Origin: a candidate division FCPU426 bacterium
GTDB lineage: Bacteria; Oederibacteriota; Muellerivitia; Muellerivitales; Muellerivitaceae
Assembly: GCA_963796105.1 (NCBI GenBank)
Contig: CAWCKJ010000003.1
Location: forward strand, 800,001-864,000
Reading direction: 5' to 3'
Length of the DNA: 64,000 bases
Shown here: positions 9,957 to 18,870 of the stretch, piece after piece
How positions within the stretch are numbered: position 1 is the stretch's first letter
Layout of the letters: every line of letters starts with the position of its first letter
Made by a program: the position numbers and the translations under genes
Notes under the pieces: generated by a model
The model's database searches: none
Told to the model about the DNA's origin: nothing
What the model saw: only the letters and a program-made list of their open reading frames with translations

Positions 9957-11873
9957 CTATTGGGCCGGCAGGTACTTCATCAATTTCCGGGCCGTATCGT
10001 TTCCCCCGTCGTTTTCCAAAACCTTCTGCAGGCTTAGCCGGGCCTCGCTGTAACGGCCGGTCAAATAATACAAAACACCCAAATTGTTGTACCACTCATG
10101 ATAAAGTCCCCCGGAACGGCGGATTGCTTCCAGAAAAAAAGCCTCCGCCGCCTGGGGATGTTTCGAGAGAAGGAAAAAAGTCCCTATCCGATAGAGGGCC
10201 GGGGAATAATCGATTTTTTTATAAAACCCTTCCCAGAAGGTATCCCAGGAAGAGTGGCGGGGCAGGCGAAGCAAAGAAGTTGCTTGGGCCAGGATGGTTC
10301 CTTTCACGCCGTACTCGGCCATGAGCTTGCTGTCATCCAGCTCCGAAACCTGGGGCGTGTAGCCCTTTCTTAAATATATGACATTGAACCCATCCAGGTA
10401 AACCGGGCGCCAATCATCTGTCTTTCTCAAGTCAGACACCCATTGCCGGGAGACCTCCGGGTTGAAAAAAAGAATAACCGCCTGGTATTTATCAGCCAAT
10501 GGCAATACCCCGCCGGATCCCTGCGAACGCATGTATTCATCAAAGAAACTTTCGCCCATTACTTCCAGCCGTCCGTCCATGAAAACCTTTTGGGGCCCCT
10601 GCCAATCCAGCCATCCTCCGGAATTCAATGAATTCAAGATCCTTCCGTCCAAATGATTGTCGTTCAGGAACTTCGCGGCCCCGACGGGCTGGCTTTCCCG
10701 ATCAATCCCCCAGCCGAAACTCTCCTGGCGCGCGCTATCCATATAGAATGCATTCGTAACGACCTTGAGACAAAGGCCCAGGATCAAAATAATTACGATC
10801 CAAGCAGGTAGTGATTTGGAGAGGATACTGTCGGCAATTTCCTTTAACTTGGCCCATCTCAGAGCCTGCCAGCAGGAAGACACCAACGGCAGGCAAACGA
10901 GCAGGAAAACCGGCACGTTCCTCGCGGCAACCGCCGAGAGCCAGAAGAAGGCCACGGCCAAAAGAATTTCATGGGCCTTTCTGCGCCGAAGAGTCGCCAG
11001 TAACATGACCAGAAGAAGCAAACTAAACAGCTTATAGGCCAATGTCGGCCCATCCGGCATGGGCTGTATCTCGGAATTTACCCAGGGCGACATCAGCTCG
11101 ACAATGTTTCTGGAAAAGACTTCCGAACGCATCGTTCCCCAGTTGGCGAAGGGATAAGCCATTCCCTGGAATAAATAGGGATTCAAAAGGCTTCCCGCGA
11201 AGGCCAGGGTGCAATAACCCACCAACCTCCAATTCCAACTTCTGGAATGAATCCAACTCGAAACAATGAAAATACCCATGACAGCCCAACCCAGGACGAA
11301 AAGCCCCTCGACGTTGGTCCAGAGGATTTGGATGACCGGCAGAAGATAAAGGGGTGCCCTCTTTCCAGAGGCATGGCGCTCCAAAATAAGAATCAGCGTC
11401 CCCAGGAAGACCCAGCTGAGGATTTCGGGTCTGATCTGGAACCGGTGTTCGCAAATGTAAACTGCCAGGATCATCAAGGGGACGTTGATATAGGAGGGGG
11501 CGCCTGATAAACGAGTGCGGATATAGGTAATGACGAATACAGAGACAATCAAAGTGATATTGAATACCGAAAGAAGGGGGTAACTCCCCGCTATATATAG
11601 AAGATAAAGAAGGACCTGGTAAAGCCAATGAATGTCCAGGTATTCATTGCCGGAAACGGTGTAGGTGTAGGTATCTTGGGTGGGCACGCAATAGTTTTGA
11701 ATGATCCACTGGCCCCCTTTTAAATGAAACCCAAGGTCCAGGTCCAGGATCAGGCGGGAGCCAAGAAGGACGATCAGGAGAAAACATGACAGGAGCGCCC
11801 ATACCCACGGCCGAAGGTAAAAGGGTTTGGGTTGGGGAATATCCGCTGGATTCGTAGAAGTCGTTATTGGCAC
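9957..11873 (-). CDS. Polytopic membrane protein, GT-C-fold glycosyltransferase-like, with C-terminal TPR
   Basis: DLDLGFHLKGGQWI, RPEILS, LWTNVEG, VFMDGRLEV; many TM segments; C-terminal YNNLGVLYYLTGRYSEA TPR. Confidence 0.75.
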   Translation of the reverse strand: MPITTSTNPADIPQPKPFYLRPWVWALLSCFLLIVLLGSRLILDLDLGFHLKGGQWIIQNYCVPTQDTYTYTVSGNEYLDIHWLYQVLLYLLYIAGSYPLLSVFNITLIVSVFVITYIRTRLSGAPSYINVPLMILAVYICEHRFQIRPEILSWVFLGTLILILERHASGKRAPLYLLPVIQILWTNVEGLFVLGWAVMGIFIVSSWIHSRSWNWRLVGYCTLAFAGSLLNPYLFQGMAYPFANWGTMRSEVFSRNIVELMSPWVNSEIQPMPDGPTLAYKLFSLLLLVMLLATLRRRKAHEILLAVAFFWLSAVAARNVPVFLLVCLPLVSSCWQALRWAKLKEIADSILSKSLPAWIVIILILGLCLKVVTNAFYMDSARQESFGWGIDRESQPVGAAKFLNDNHLDGRILNSLNSGGWLDWQGPQKVFMDGRLEVMGESFFDEYMRSQGSGGVLPLADKYQAVILFFNPEVSRQWVSDLRKTDDWRPVYLDGFNVIYLRKGYTPQVSELDDSKLMAEYGVKGTILAQATSLLRLPRHSSWDTFWEGFYKKIDYSPALYRIGTFFLLSKHPQAAEAFFLEAIRRSGGLYHEWYNNLGVLYYLTGRYSEARLSLQKVLENDGGNDTARKLMKYLPAQ

Positions 11874-12059
11874 GGATGGATTATATCAAATGGGGTGGCC
11901 TGACCAATTCCTTAAGGGCCGTACCGGTTTAATTATTTATTTCCATTTCGGTGACATCAGGTAGACATCCATGCACTTGCGGCGTTCCGAAAAAATGGCC
12001 GATAAAACCTTTAATTAAGCGTTATATTTTATTGTCTCGCCTCCAAACCGGCTTGTTTT

Positions 12060-12081
12060 ATTGTGCACAAGGGTGCACAAT
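12060..12081. promoter_or_regulatory. Putative VapBC operator palindrome
   Basis: attgtgcac-aagg-gtgcacaat inverted repeat just upstream of the antitoxin gene. Confidence 0.6.
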
Positions 12082-12100
12082 AAAAGCGAAAGGGGATCAA

Positions 12101-12298
12101 ATGAGAACAACCGTTACACTTGAAAGTTCTGATCTTAAAAAGTTAATGAAAATCGCCAAAATCAAAACCAAGTCTAAAGCCGTTGCCTACGCCGTTGATC
12201 AAGCTCTACGGCTTCAGAACCTCGAAACGTTGGAAAGCTTGCGGGGAAAAGTCTCCATTGATAAAAAAACATTGAAATGGAGGCATCTTGCCCGTTAA
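12101..12298 (+). CDS. vapB: VapB-type antitoxin (DUF2191-like)
   Basis: MRTTVTLESSDLKKLMKIAKIKTKSKAV; overlaps the PIN toxin start; AGGGG RBS. Confidence 0.8.
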   Translation: MRTTVTLESSDLKKLMKIAKIKTKSKAVAYAVDQALRLQNLETLESLRGKVSIDKKTLKWRHLAR

Positions 12299-12692
12299 GC
12301 GTGTTTTGGTGGACACCTCTGTTTGGATTGAATATCTCCGGAATCCCGAACACCCATCAGGTCCCGCCATAGGGCACTGGATCAAGACCGGGCGCGCGTG
12401 CTCCACCGGATTGATTCTGGCCGAATTAATACAGGGCGCCCAAGGCGAGAACGACCTGCTCGCCATTGAAAGTCTTCTTGCCGCGGCAAGATTGCTTAAT
12501 CCTGCGGTTGGAACCTGGCGCCAAGCGGGGAACCTTTCCTCCCAGCTTCGAAAAAAAGGCGTTACCATCCACCTCTTCGATTGTTTGTTAGCCGCCTTAG
12601 CCATGGAAAACGGTGCGGCACTTATCAGTTACGATCGGCACTTCAATCTTATCGCGGCCCATTTTCCCCTCGAACTCGCCACGGCAATTTAG
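12288..12692 (+). CDS. vapC: VapC PIN-domain toxin
   Basis: VLVDTSVWIEY, ILAELIQG, DCLLAALA, LISYDRHF PIN motifs. Confidence 0.9.
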   Translation: MPVKRVLVDTSVWIEYLRNPEHPSGPAIGHWIKTGRACSTGLILAELIQGAQGENDLLAIESLLAAARLLNPAVGTWRQAGNLSSQLRKKGVTIHLFDCLLAALAMENGAALISYDRHFNLIAAHFPLELATAI

Positions 12693-12879
12693 GGGTTCAT
12701 TTTTTAAAGGGTTATGGCTATTTTGCCTTTTTAAATAAGGAAAAATTCTTCCTTTCGGGCATCCTTCGCATATTATCCAAAGGGCAATAAGGCAAAAAGT
12801 TCCCACCCTCATCCAAGGCATCGTGCCAACGGAAAATGGGAACCATCTCTCATCGGGAAGTTCTTGGGAAAAAGCGTAA

Positions 12880-13191
12880 TCAGGTCTTTTCCACATCGAC
12901 CATGAGCTGGATTTGCTTGAGGACTCCCGCGACCTTCTCGCAGTTATCCTTGGAGCCGATGTAAGCCACCGCCTTGCCGTTCTTATGGGCGCTCAAGGTG
13001 ATCTGAGTGGCTCTTTCCAAGGAATAACCCGTGGCCTTTTGAACCTGGAGAATGACCTCGTCGAAGGTATGGAATGAATCGTTGAAAAGAACCACCTGCC
13101 AGGGATTATCGAGTTTTTCCCTCACTTGCGTCTCATTTTCGGTGTTTTCTATATGTCCTGTTTTCATCCGATCCATCCCGCCTGTTTTCAC
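12880..13191 (-). CDS. clpS: ATP-dependent Clp protease adaptor ClpS
   Basis: WQVVLFNDSFHTFDEVI..AHKNGKAV motif. Confidence 0.9.
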   Translation of the reverse strand: MKTGGMDRMKTGHIENTENETQVREKLDNPWQVVLFNDSFHTFDEVILQVQKATGYSLERATQITLSAHKNGKAVAYIGSKDNCEKVAGVLKQIQLMVDVEKT

Positions 13192-13528
13192 TTTCGGGGA
13201 GTGTTATAAAACAAATTGCCCTTTCCTGCCAATTTTTCCCTAAAATTTCCTAAGTTTCTGTCCGATTATTGCTTTTATAGACAATAAAAAAATCACTTCT
13301 TTAAACTGTGGGTTTCGCACCGGGATAAGTTGTTTTTGTGTTTATGGAATTAAGCATCAAGTTTTCATCCTAATTGTGCCTTTGTGGTTCTGAAAGAACC
13401 TGTGCCGATCCATCACAAAAAATTTAATGAGATCGGTACAATACCAGCCCCATTAATGTTTTATGGAAGGCTGGCATGTGGTGAAAACTTTTTTATTCTT
13501 AAATTAATTGCTCATCAGGCGGATTTAA

Positions 13529-15730
13529 ATGGCTTCTTTCTTGGCCAACCCATTCTATTGTTTCCTCGTAATGACAGGGCTCAATTCCCTGCTGGCTTAC
13601 GCACCCCTAGCTTGGCCCCTTAAACTCACGGTCTGCTTGGCAGGCTTCGGAACCCTGGCCTGGGCCTACTTGAGAAACAAGCCCCAGGTTATTCCCGGCG
13701 AGGAGCCCGTTTACAAGCGAGAAATTTTTTCACCAGCGCCCTGGCTGATAGTTTTGGCCCTCGTCCTGGCCCTGGCCGTAAGGCTTTATAAACTAACTTC
13801 ATTCCTGACCTTTCCCATCCCCGATGAGCTCATCAACGCTTACAACTCCATCCACTTGAACGGCCAATGGACCTGGAATGTGTTTTTCTACTACAGCCAA
13901 ATGCCCCCTTTCTATATCTGGCTGTTGGCCTTGGTGTTTAAGATCGGTGGAATTTCCAGCCTCAACCTTTGGCTTTTGCCGGCCCTGATTTCCTTTCTGT
14001 CCGTGATTATTTATTACAAGGCTTTTCAGGAAATTTTCTCCAGGTCTCTTTCCCTTATTTGCCTCTTTCTTTTAGCTATGGGATTTTGGCCTGTTTTCCT
14101 GGGGCGCTTTTCCCACAACGCCGTACTCATGATTCTTTGGGAGGGAGTGGCGTTATGGCTCCTGGCCAAGTTCTCAAAAGCCGACCCATCCCGAAATCTG
14201 ACAGGGTCAGTTATCGTTTTAGGTCTCTGCATGGGCTTAGGGTTTTACACTTATTTCGGGTGGGCCCTGGTCGCTCTTTGGTTTATCCCCGCGGTTTGGA
14301 AACTCTGCAAACGCGCGGGCCCCCAGGGGAAAAATTATTTTTTTCTGGGATTGGCCGCCGCTTTAGTCGTGATCCTGCCCCTAATAGGCGCGGCCGCGAA
14401 AGAAGGGTTTGGGGCTTACCTGAGGGACCTATTCCTGCCTGTCTCCAACATCGTGAACCTCCATAACTGGGGCACCTTCCAGTGGGATTACAAACAAAAC
14501 CTCTATTACCTCACCAGCTTGCTTTGGACCGGCTTCAACGGCCAATTCGCCTATAACCCCCAATGGGGGGGATTCTTGAACCCGATCCTGGGGAGTCTTT
14601 TTCTCTTGGGGTCTGCTGAAATGATCCGCCTGAGAAGGCTTCCCTTGGTGAAATGGCTCGCTTCCGGTTTCGCCGTGATTCTGGCGCCCTGCCTTCTCAC
14701 CCATGTCTCCAACTGGTACCACTTGTCAGCGCTGATGCCGCTTTTCATGGCGGTCACGGCCCTGGGATTCGGGGTGCTTTGGTCTGGACTTCCCCAAGGC
14801 AAATCTCGAATTCCCCTCATTCTGTTTTTTTCCCTGGCCTCAATCGCGCTGGATTGGACCAATCTTGAGAAAACCATGGCTGTCACGGATAAGGAATGTT
14901 CCGCACTGAACCCCACGGTTTGGGCCTGCGAAAGCCTCCAAAAAATCGCCCAATCTCACGGCCCAGGATACGTTTTCTCGGACTTTTGCCTGGACTTCAA
15001 CAATCCCGTCGTCAATTTCGTGACCGATTCTTCCAGCAAGCAGACCTACTCCTTGTTCGCCAGCCACTGGTTCCCTTGTTACATGGCCCTAGGCGTTCAT
15101 TCCTTCAACGCCCTGGTCAACCCCAACCTGACGCCGGACCAGGCAACCTGGGCCTCCATCACGACGGATGAATGGGCCAAGCCCCTATTAACCAAGTGGT
15201 TTCCAGGCGCCTTTTTTTACTCCAATCTTCACCGGGAGGAACATGCCATCTCGGATAACAGCCTCCTAGTTGTCATTCCCCTTAAGCCCGAAAACAGGAA
15301 AATATTGGAATCCTGGAAAGGAGCCGATGAGGCCTTACAGGAAGCGGATTACCAATTATTCAACCATCCCTATAGCCAGCCTTATGACAGCATCATCAGC
15401 TATCTCCAGGACCGGGAATTCCTCTTCCGAGACAATCCCTTCCTGCGGTTTTACTATTGGGGCAAACTCGCGGACCTTTATTACCTGAACAATCAATATG
15501 ACCAAGCCCTTCCCGCCTTTCAAAAAGCCCTTCAAGACGGCGCGGACGGTTTCTTGTATTACAACCTGGGGGATGTTCTGAGAATTACAGGAAGGTACAT
15601 TGAGTCGAAGCAGGCTTATCAAGAGGCGTCAAAATGGGATTCCTATTACCAGCCTTCATCTGATGTCCTTCAAAAGCTGGATGCCCTTATCAATACGTCT
15701 GCCCAAACACCAGCTTCAACTGGAAAATAG
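13529..15730 (+). CDS. GT-C (ArnT/PMT-2, GT39-like) membrane glycosyltransferase with C-terminal TPR
   Basis: LAVRLYKL..PDE acidic motif after the first TMs, PPFYIWL, many TM helices, TPR YYNLGDVLRITGRYIESKQAY. Confidence 0.8.
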   Translation: MASFLANPFYCFLVMTGLNSLLAYAPLAWPLKLTVCLAGFGTLAWAYLRNKPQVIPGEEPVYKREIFSPAPWLIVLALVLALAVRLYKLTSFLTFPIPDELINAYNSIHLNGQWTWNVFFYYSQMPPFYIWLLALVFKIGGISSLNLWLLPALISFLSVIIYYKAFQEIFSRSLSLICLFLLAMGFWPVFLGRFSHNAVLMILWEGVALWLLAKFSKADPSRNLTGSVIVLGLCMGLGFYTYFGWALVALWFIPAVWKLCKRAGPQGKNYFFLGLAAALVVILPLIGAAAKEGFGAYLRDLFLPVSNIVNLHNWGTFQWDYKQNLYYLTSLLWTGFNGQFAYNPQWGGFLNPILGSLFLLGSAEMIRLRRLPLVKWLASGFAVILAPCLLTHVSNWYHLSALMPLFMAVTALGFGVLWSGLPQGKSRIPLILFFSLASIALDWTNLEKTMAVTDKECSALNPTVWACESLQKIAQSHGPGYVFSDFCLDFNNPVVNFVTDSSSKQTYSLFASHWFPCYMALGVHSFNALVNPNLTPDQATWASITTDEWAKPLLTKWFPGAFFYSNLHREEHAISDNSLLVVIPLKPENRKILESWKGADEALQEADYQLFNHPYSQPYDSIISYLQDREFLFRDNPFLRFYYWGKLADLYYLNNQYDQALPAFQKALQDGADGFLYYNLGDVLRITGRYIESKQAYQEASKWDSYYQPSSDVLQKLDALINTSAQTPASTGK

Positions 15731-15757
15731 CCAGGATGTGATCACGTTTTGGCTCCC
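15551..15757 (+). repeat. Direct repeat copy 1 (3' end of the glycosyltransferase gene plus downstream TGGCTCCC)
   Basis: Aligns with 16771-16978 and 17672-17861. Confidence 0.9.
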
Positions 15758-16003
15758 TGGGCTGGGCCACAGCCGGCTATTACTCATCCTTTGAAAAAAG
15801 CTTATTTCGGTCAGAATTAAATACGCCAAATATAATCCAAGAATCGTTTATGGTAACGGACACGACTTTGGCAAATCGCGGGTTGACTCGCGTTTCCCCC
15901 TCTGTGCTAAAGCACTATGTTGTTCTCATTTTTTAAATTTTATATGAGGAACAGTATGAAAGAGGGGCATTTTGGTTTGTGGGCATTTCGGTTTTAGCAC
16001 CAA

Positions 16004-16408
16004 TCAGTCAATGAACACAGAAGGCGATACGCCAAAACGATGAGCCAGCTTACGGATCTGCCTCACGTTTAATTCGCGTTTTCCGGAAAGAATCTCCGAT
16101 ACGATTCCCTGAGTACCAACTTCCTTGAGGCTTTGTTGTTTAAGTCCGTGTTCTTCCATCAAAAAAGCCAATACCTTCCGTGGCAGGGCCTTTGGAACGG
16201 CATGGTGGCTTTCTTCCCATGCGTGAACCAGGGTGGCCATGGTGTCCATTAATCCGGCGTGCGGGTGACGTTCGTTGGAACCAACCTCATCCACCAATCC
16301 GTCCAAGGATACCCGTGCCCGGCGGTAATCCGACTTTGACTTGATGACCAGTAAAGGTTGCAGTTTGTGCCAAGCCTGGCCGGCTTCTTTATCCAAAATA
16401 GGATTCAT
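16004..16408 (-). CDS. higA: HigA antitoxin (HTH)
   Basis: LAFLMEEHGLKQQSL..VSEILSGKRELNVRQIRKLAHRFGVSPSVFI; ATGA overlap with higB. Confidence 0.88.
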   Translation of the reverse strand: MNPILDKEAGQAWHKLQPLLVIKSKSDYRRARVSLDGLVDEVGSNERHPHAGLMDTMATLVHAWEESHHAVPKALPRKVLAFLMEEHGLKQQSLKEVGTQGIVSEILSGKRELNVRQIRKLAHRFGVSPSVFID

Positions 16409-16692
16409 TTTTTCCATCCTCCCTTGCCGTACTCCGCGTGGGTCAAAATGTCGCGGATATAGAGCTTTCCGCGGTTGAAGTGAACCGCCGCGATCAGGCG
16501 ATACTTGTTGCCGCCGATATTGAACACGATCTTTCCACCGAACCAATCGGCGCTTGGAAACGTCCGGCGGAGCTCCGCGAACGACTTGAAGGCCGTCTTG
16601 CTCACGACGGAGTACCACGCCGACAACGGCATCCCGCTCTCCGGATGTAGGACGGCGAACTCATTGATCCGCTTCCGGGTGATGACATGCAT
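16405..16692 (-). CDS. higB: HigB mRNA interferase toxin
   Basis: MHVITRKRINEF..FAELRRTFPSAD..VFNIGGNKYRLI..ILTHAEY. Confidence 0.92.
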   Translation of the reverse strand: MHVITRKRINEFAVLHPESGMPLSAWYSVVSKTAFKSFAELRRTFPSADWFGGKIVFNIGGNKYRLIAAVHFNRGKLYIRDILTHAEYGKGGWKK

Positions 16693-16729
16693 GTTGAATT
16701 AATTATATCTCAAATTGAGATAATAGCAA
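16693..16729 (-). promoter_or_regulatory. higBA sigma70 promoter with operator palindrome (near-leaderless)
   Basis: Minus strand TTGCTA-16 nt-TATAAT-9 nt-ATG; palindrome tatctcaa-a-ttgagata (16706-16722) overlaps the spacer. Confidence 0.7.
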
Positions 16730-16770
16730 TAAAGGGCGGCCAAAAACACACATCCTTATGGGCGTATTGC

Positions 16771-16978
16771 TTCTTGAATTAGAACCCGGAGGATGTTCTC
16801 AGGATTACCGGACGATACGTCGAAGCGAAGCAGGCTTATCAAGAGGCGGCAAAATGGGATTCCTATTATCAGCCTTCAGCAGACGTCCTTCAAAAGCTGG
16901 ATGCACTTATCAACCAGGGTATCCAAACCCCTGCCACGAATGGAAAATAAATTAAGGCGTGAGTAAGGATTGGCTCCC
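16771..16978 (+). repeat. Direct repeat copy 2: orphan glycosyltransferase C-terminus
   Basis: Encodes DVLRITGRYVEAKQAYQEAAKWDSYYQPSADVLQKLDALINQGIQTPATNGK* then ...tggctcccc. Confidence 0.9.
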
Positions 16979-17027
16979 CGACATGCTCAACACCACCGCT
17001 TCGAAAATGTCAAAATGCCGGAAGCGG

Positions 17028-17285
17028 TTAGCCGGTCTTTTTCAGTCCTAATTTATGCTCAATTTTTCGGATGCGTTCTTCCAGGGTTAAATTTTCAGAC
17101 ATCGAACGCTTTAAAATCGAGTTCATAAGGGTTTGATAGGGGATTCCTTGCTTCTTGCCCTCCTCGATAAGCCAAAGGTAAACAGATTCATCTAAGCGGA
17201 AGGTTTTCTGGACCTTAACACCCTTAGAAGTTAAAAGAGGGCCCCGATGAATCTCGGCTTTTGAAAAATCATACTCTTTTTTCAT
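17028..17285 (-). CDS. brnA: BrnA antitoxin
   Basis: MKKEYDFSKAE..TFRLDESV..GIPYQTLMNSIL. Confidence 0.88.
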   Translation of the reverse strand: MKKEYDFSKAEIHRGPLLTSKGVKVQKTFRLDESVYLWLIEEGKKQGIPYQTLMNSILKRSMSENLTLEERIRKIEHKLGLKKTG

Positions 17286-17541
17286 AATTTTCCCGCTCCT
17301 TTCGTGTTGCTTTTCTAGCGGAGATGATTCGGATGACATCACTCTCCCAATACGCGTAAACCACCACCAATAGGTTTAGTTTTTTCGAATACCCAAGCGC
17401 AATAAATCTTGGTTCTTGGTGTTCCTTATCTTCCAACAACAATTGAACATCGGACTCCAAGACGGTTTGAGCCTCTTCAAATGAGATCCCATGCTTTTTT
17501 TGATTGGAAATAGCTTTTCTAGGATCCCAAACGATGATCAT
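17269..17541 (-). CDS. brnT: BrnT toxin (DUF497)
   Basis: WDPRKAISNQKKHGISFEEA..EPRFIALG..IRIISARKATRKE. Confidence 0.92.
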   Translation of the reverse strand: MIIVWDPRKAISNQKKHGISFEEAQTVLESDVQLLLEDKEHQEPRFIALGYSKKLNLLVVVYAYWESDVIRIISARKATRKERENYEKRV

Positions 17542-17577
17542 GTTTTAAGTATAAACTACAATGTAGTTACAATGCAA
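17542..17577 (-). promoter_or_regulatory. brnTA leaderless promoter with operator palindrome
   Basis: Minus strand TTGCAT-18 nt-TATACT-6 nt-ATG; palindrome aactaca-a-tgtagtt (17554-17568) in the spacer; no SD sequence. Confidence 0.7.
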
Positions 17578-17671
17578 TATCGTTTTATTTACCGCGATGG
17601 GTTCTATTGGGTCGAGGATTGGCGCCGTAACCTTTCGGCGACGTTTCCAGCTCCCGCCACCTCGAACGCAA

Positions 17672-17861
17672 CGGGGATGTTCTGAGGATTAAGGGGCGGT
17701 ACGTCGAAGCGAAGCAGGCTTATCAAGAGGCGGCAAAATGGGATTCCTATTACCAGCCTTCAGCAGATGTCCTTCAAAAGCTGGATGCCCTCATTAACAA
17801 GACTGCCCAAATACCAGCTTCAACTGGGAAATAGCCCGGATGTGTTTACGGATTGGCTCCC
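17672..17861 (+). repeat. Direct repeat copy 3: orphan glycosyltransferase C-terminus
   Basis: Encodes DVLRIKGRYVEAKQAYQEAAKWDSYYQPSADVLQKLDALINKTAQIPASTGK* then ...tggctccccgtagtggacaagtttcgaacc. Confidence 0.9.
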
Positions 17862-17950
17862 CGTAGTGGACAAGTTTCGAACCCCAATTTTTGTGGATTG
17901 ATTCCTGGATTCCCACTAAATCCAAGTTCTTCCACTCTTGAAACAGCTAA

Positions 17951-18676
17951 TCATTTGATGCCATTCTTAAACAAAAGGTCATAAAAGTAATTTGAAATCA
18001 AGTTAGCAATAACCGCAATGCAAAAAGATATTACAAAGGACCAAACGGGATACTCTTTGACGAAATCCAAAATCTTGAAAATCAAAGGTTTTTTAATACG
18101 CTTCAACTCATTAACAAATCCATCAACAAATCCTATTGGCAACGGCTTTTTTGAAAGCCTGGCTCTGCATTCTTCACAAAGACTAGCTTGTTTTGTTGAA
18201 GCGATAATATCCGTCTTAATGGGATTGAAGTCAAAAAGACAACCTCTGGTATCTTCATGATGAACGACATAAGCATTGGACGATATTTTTCTATCGAACT
18301 CCCAATACAACAGTACAATCTCGTAAACATTCAGAATAAAAAATATTTCGACCGGAATATTTTCAATTGCAAGTATGTTTGATATTTCAAAGAGAGATAA
18401 CACACAAGTTTTTTCAGAAAGACGATGAAGGTAGTAATTATCTTGAATCGGTTTATCAGTTACCCCTATCGTTATGTCCGCTTCATCTCCACCACCAACA
18501 ATTTTAGAAAGCAGTTTTTTACTATATGACCATCCATCACCATCTGAGTTCGGCAGACTTCTTTTGTAATAAATACCCTTGTCAAATTCAAAATATTCGG
18601 ATTTCCAAAGAGCAACTTTAGTTAAATCGATTGGAGGGTACCCGAGTTGAAGAAGTCTTACTTTTACTTTTTTCAT
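17951..18676 (-). CDS. AT-rich hypothetical protein with His/Cys cluster and C-terminal TM helix
   Basis: GGGGAGG RBS; HHEDTRGCLFD..LCEECR; C-terminal hydrophobic helix; visibly AT-richer than neighbours. Confidence 0.75.
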   Translation of the reverse strand: MKKVKVRLLQLGYPPIDLTKVALWKSEYFEFDKGIYYKRSLPNSDGDGWSYSKKLLSKIVGGGDEADITIGVTDKPIQDNYYLHRLSEKTCVLSLFEISNILAIENIPVEIFFILNVYEIVLLYWEFDRKISSNAYVVHHEDTRGCLFDFNPIKTDIIASTKQASLCEECRARLSKKPLPIGFVDGFVNELKRIKKPLIFKILDFVKEYPVWSFVISFCIAVIANLISNYFYDLLFKNGIK

Positions 18677-18870
18677 CTCGCCTCCCCATTCCGTTCGATT
18701 TGCGAATCGTCAAATTTGAGGTAATGCGTTCCTAAAGCCACCTTTTGAACCGCTAATCTAAAACGCACACCCATTTTACACCTTCGGGTCGCCAGTAAAT
18801 TTAAGTATCTACGACTAACTCGAGCGGTAAACCAGAAGTTTGGTTAAGCCCTTGTACTTAATAAATTCCC

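Noticed and set aside
9236..10324. 362-aa plus-strand ORF
   Set aside because: Antisense to two better-supported minus-strand genes; no recognisable motif.
16409..16618. 204-aa N-terminally extended HigA
   Set aside because: The extension overlaps higB in another frame; the real start is the ATG at 16408 (ATGA coupling).
16758..16955. 65-aa ORF between the TA systems
   Set aside because: An off-frame reading of the orphan glycosyltransferase tail.
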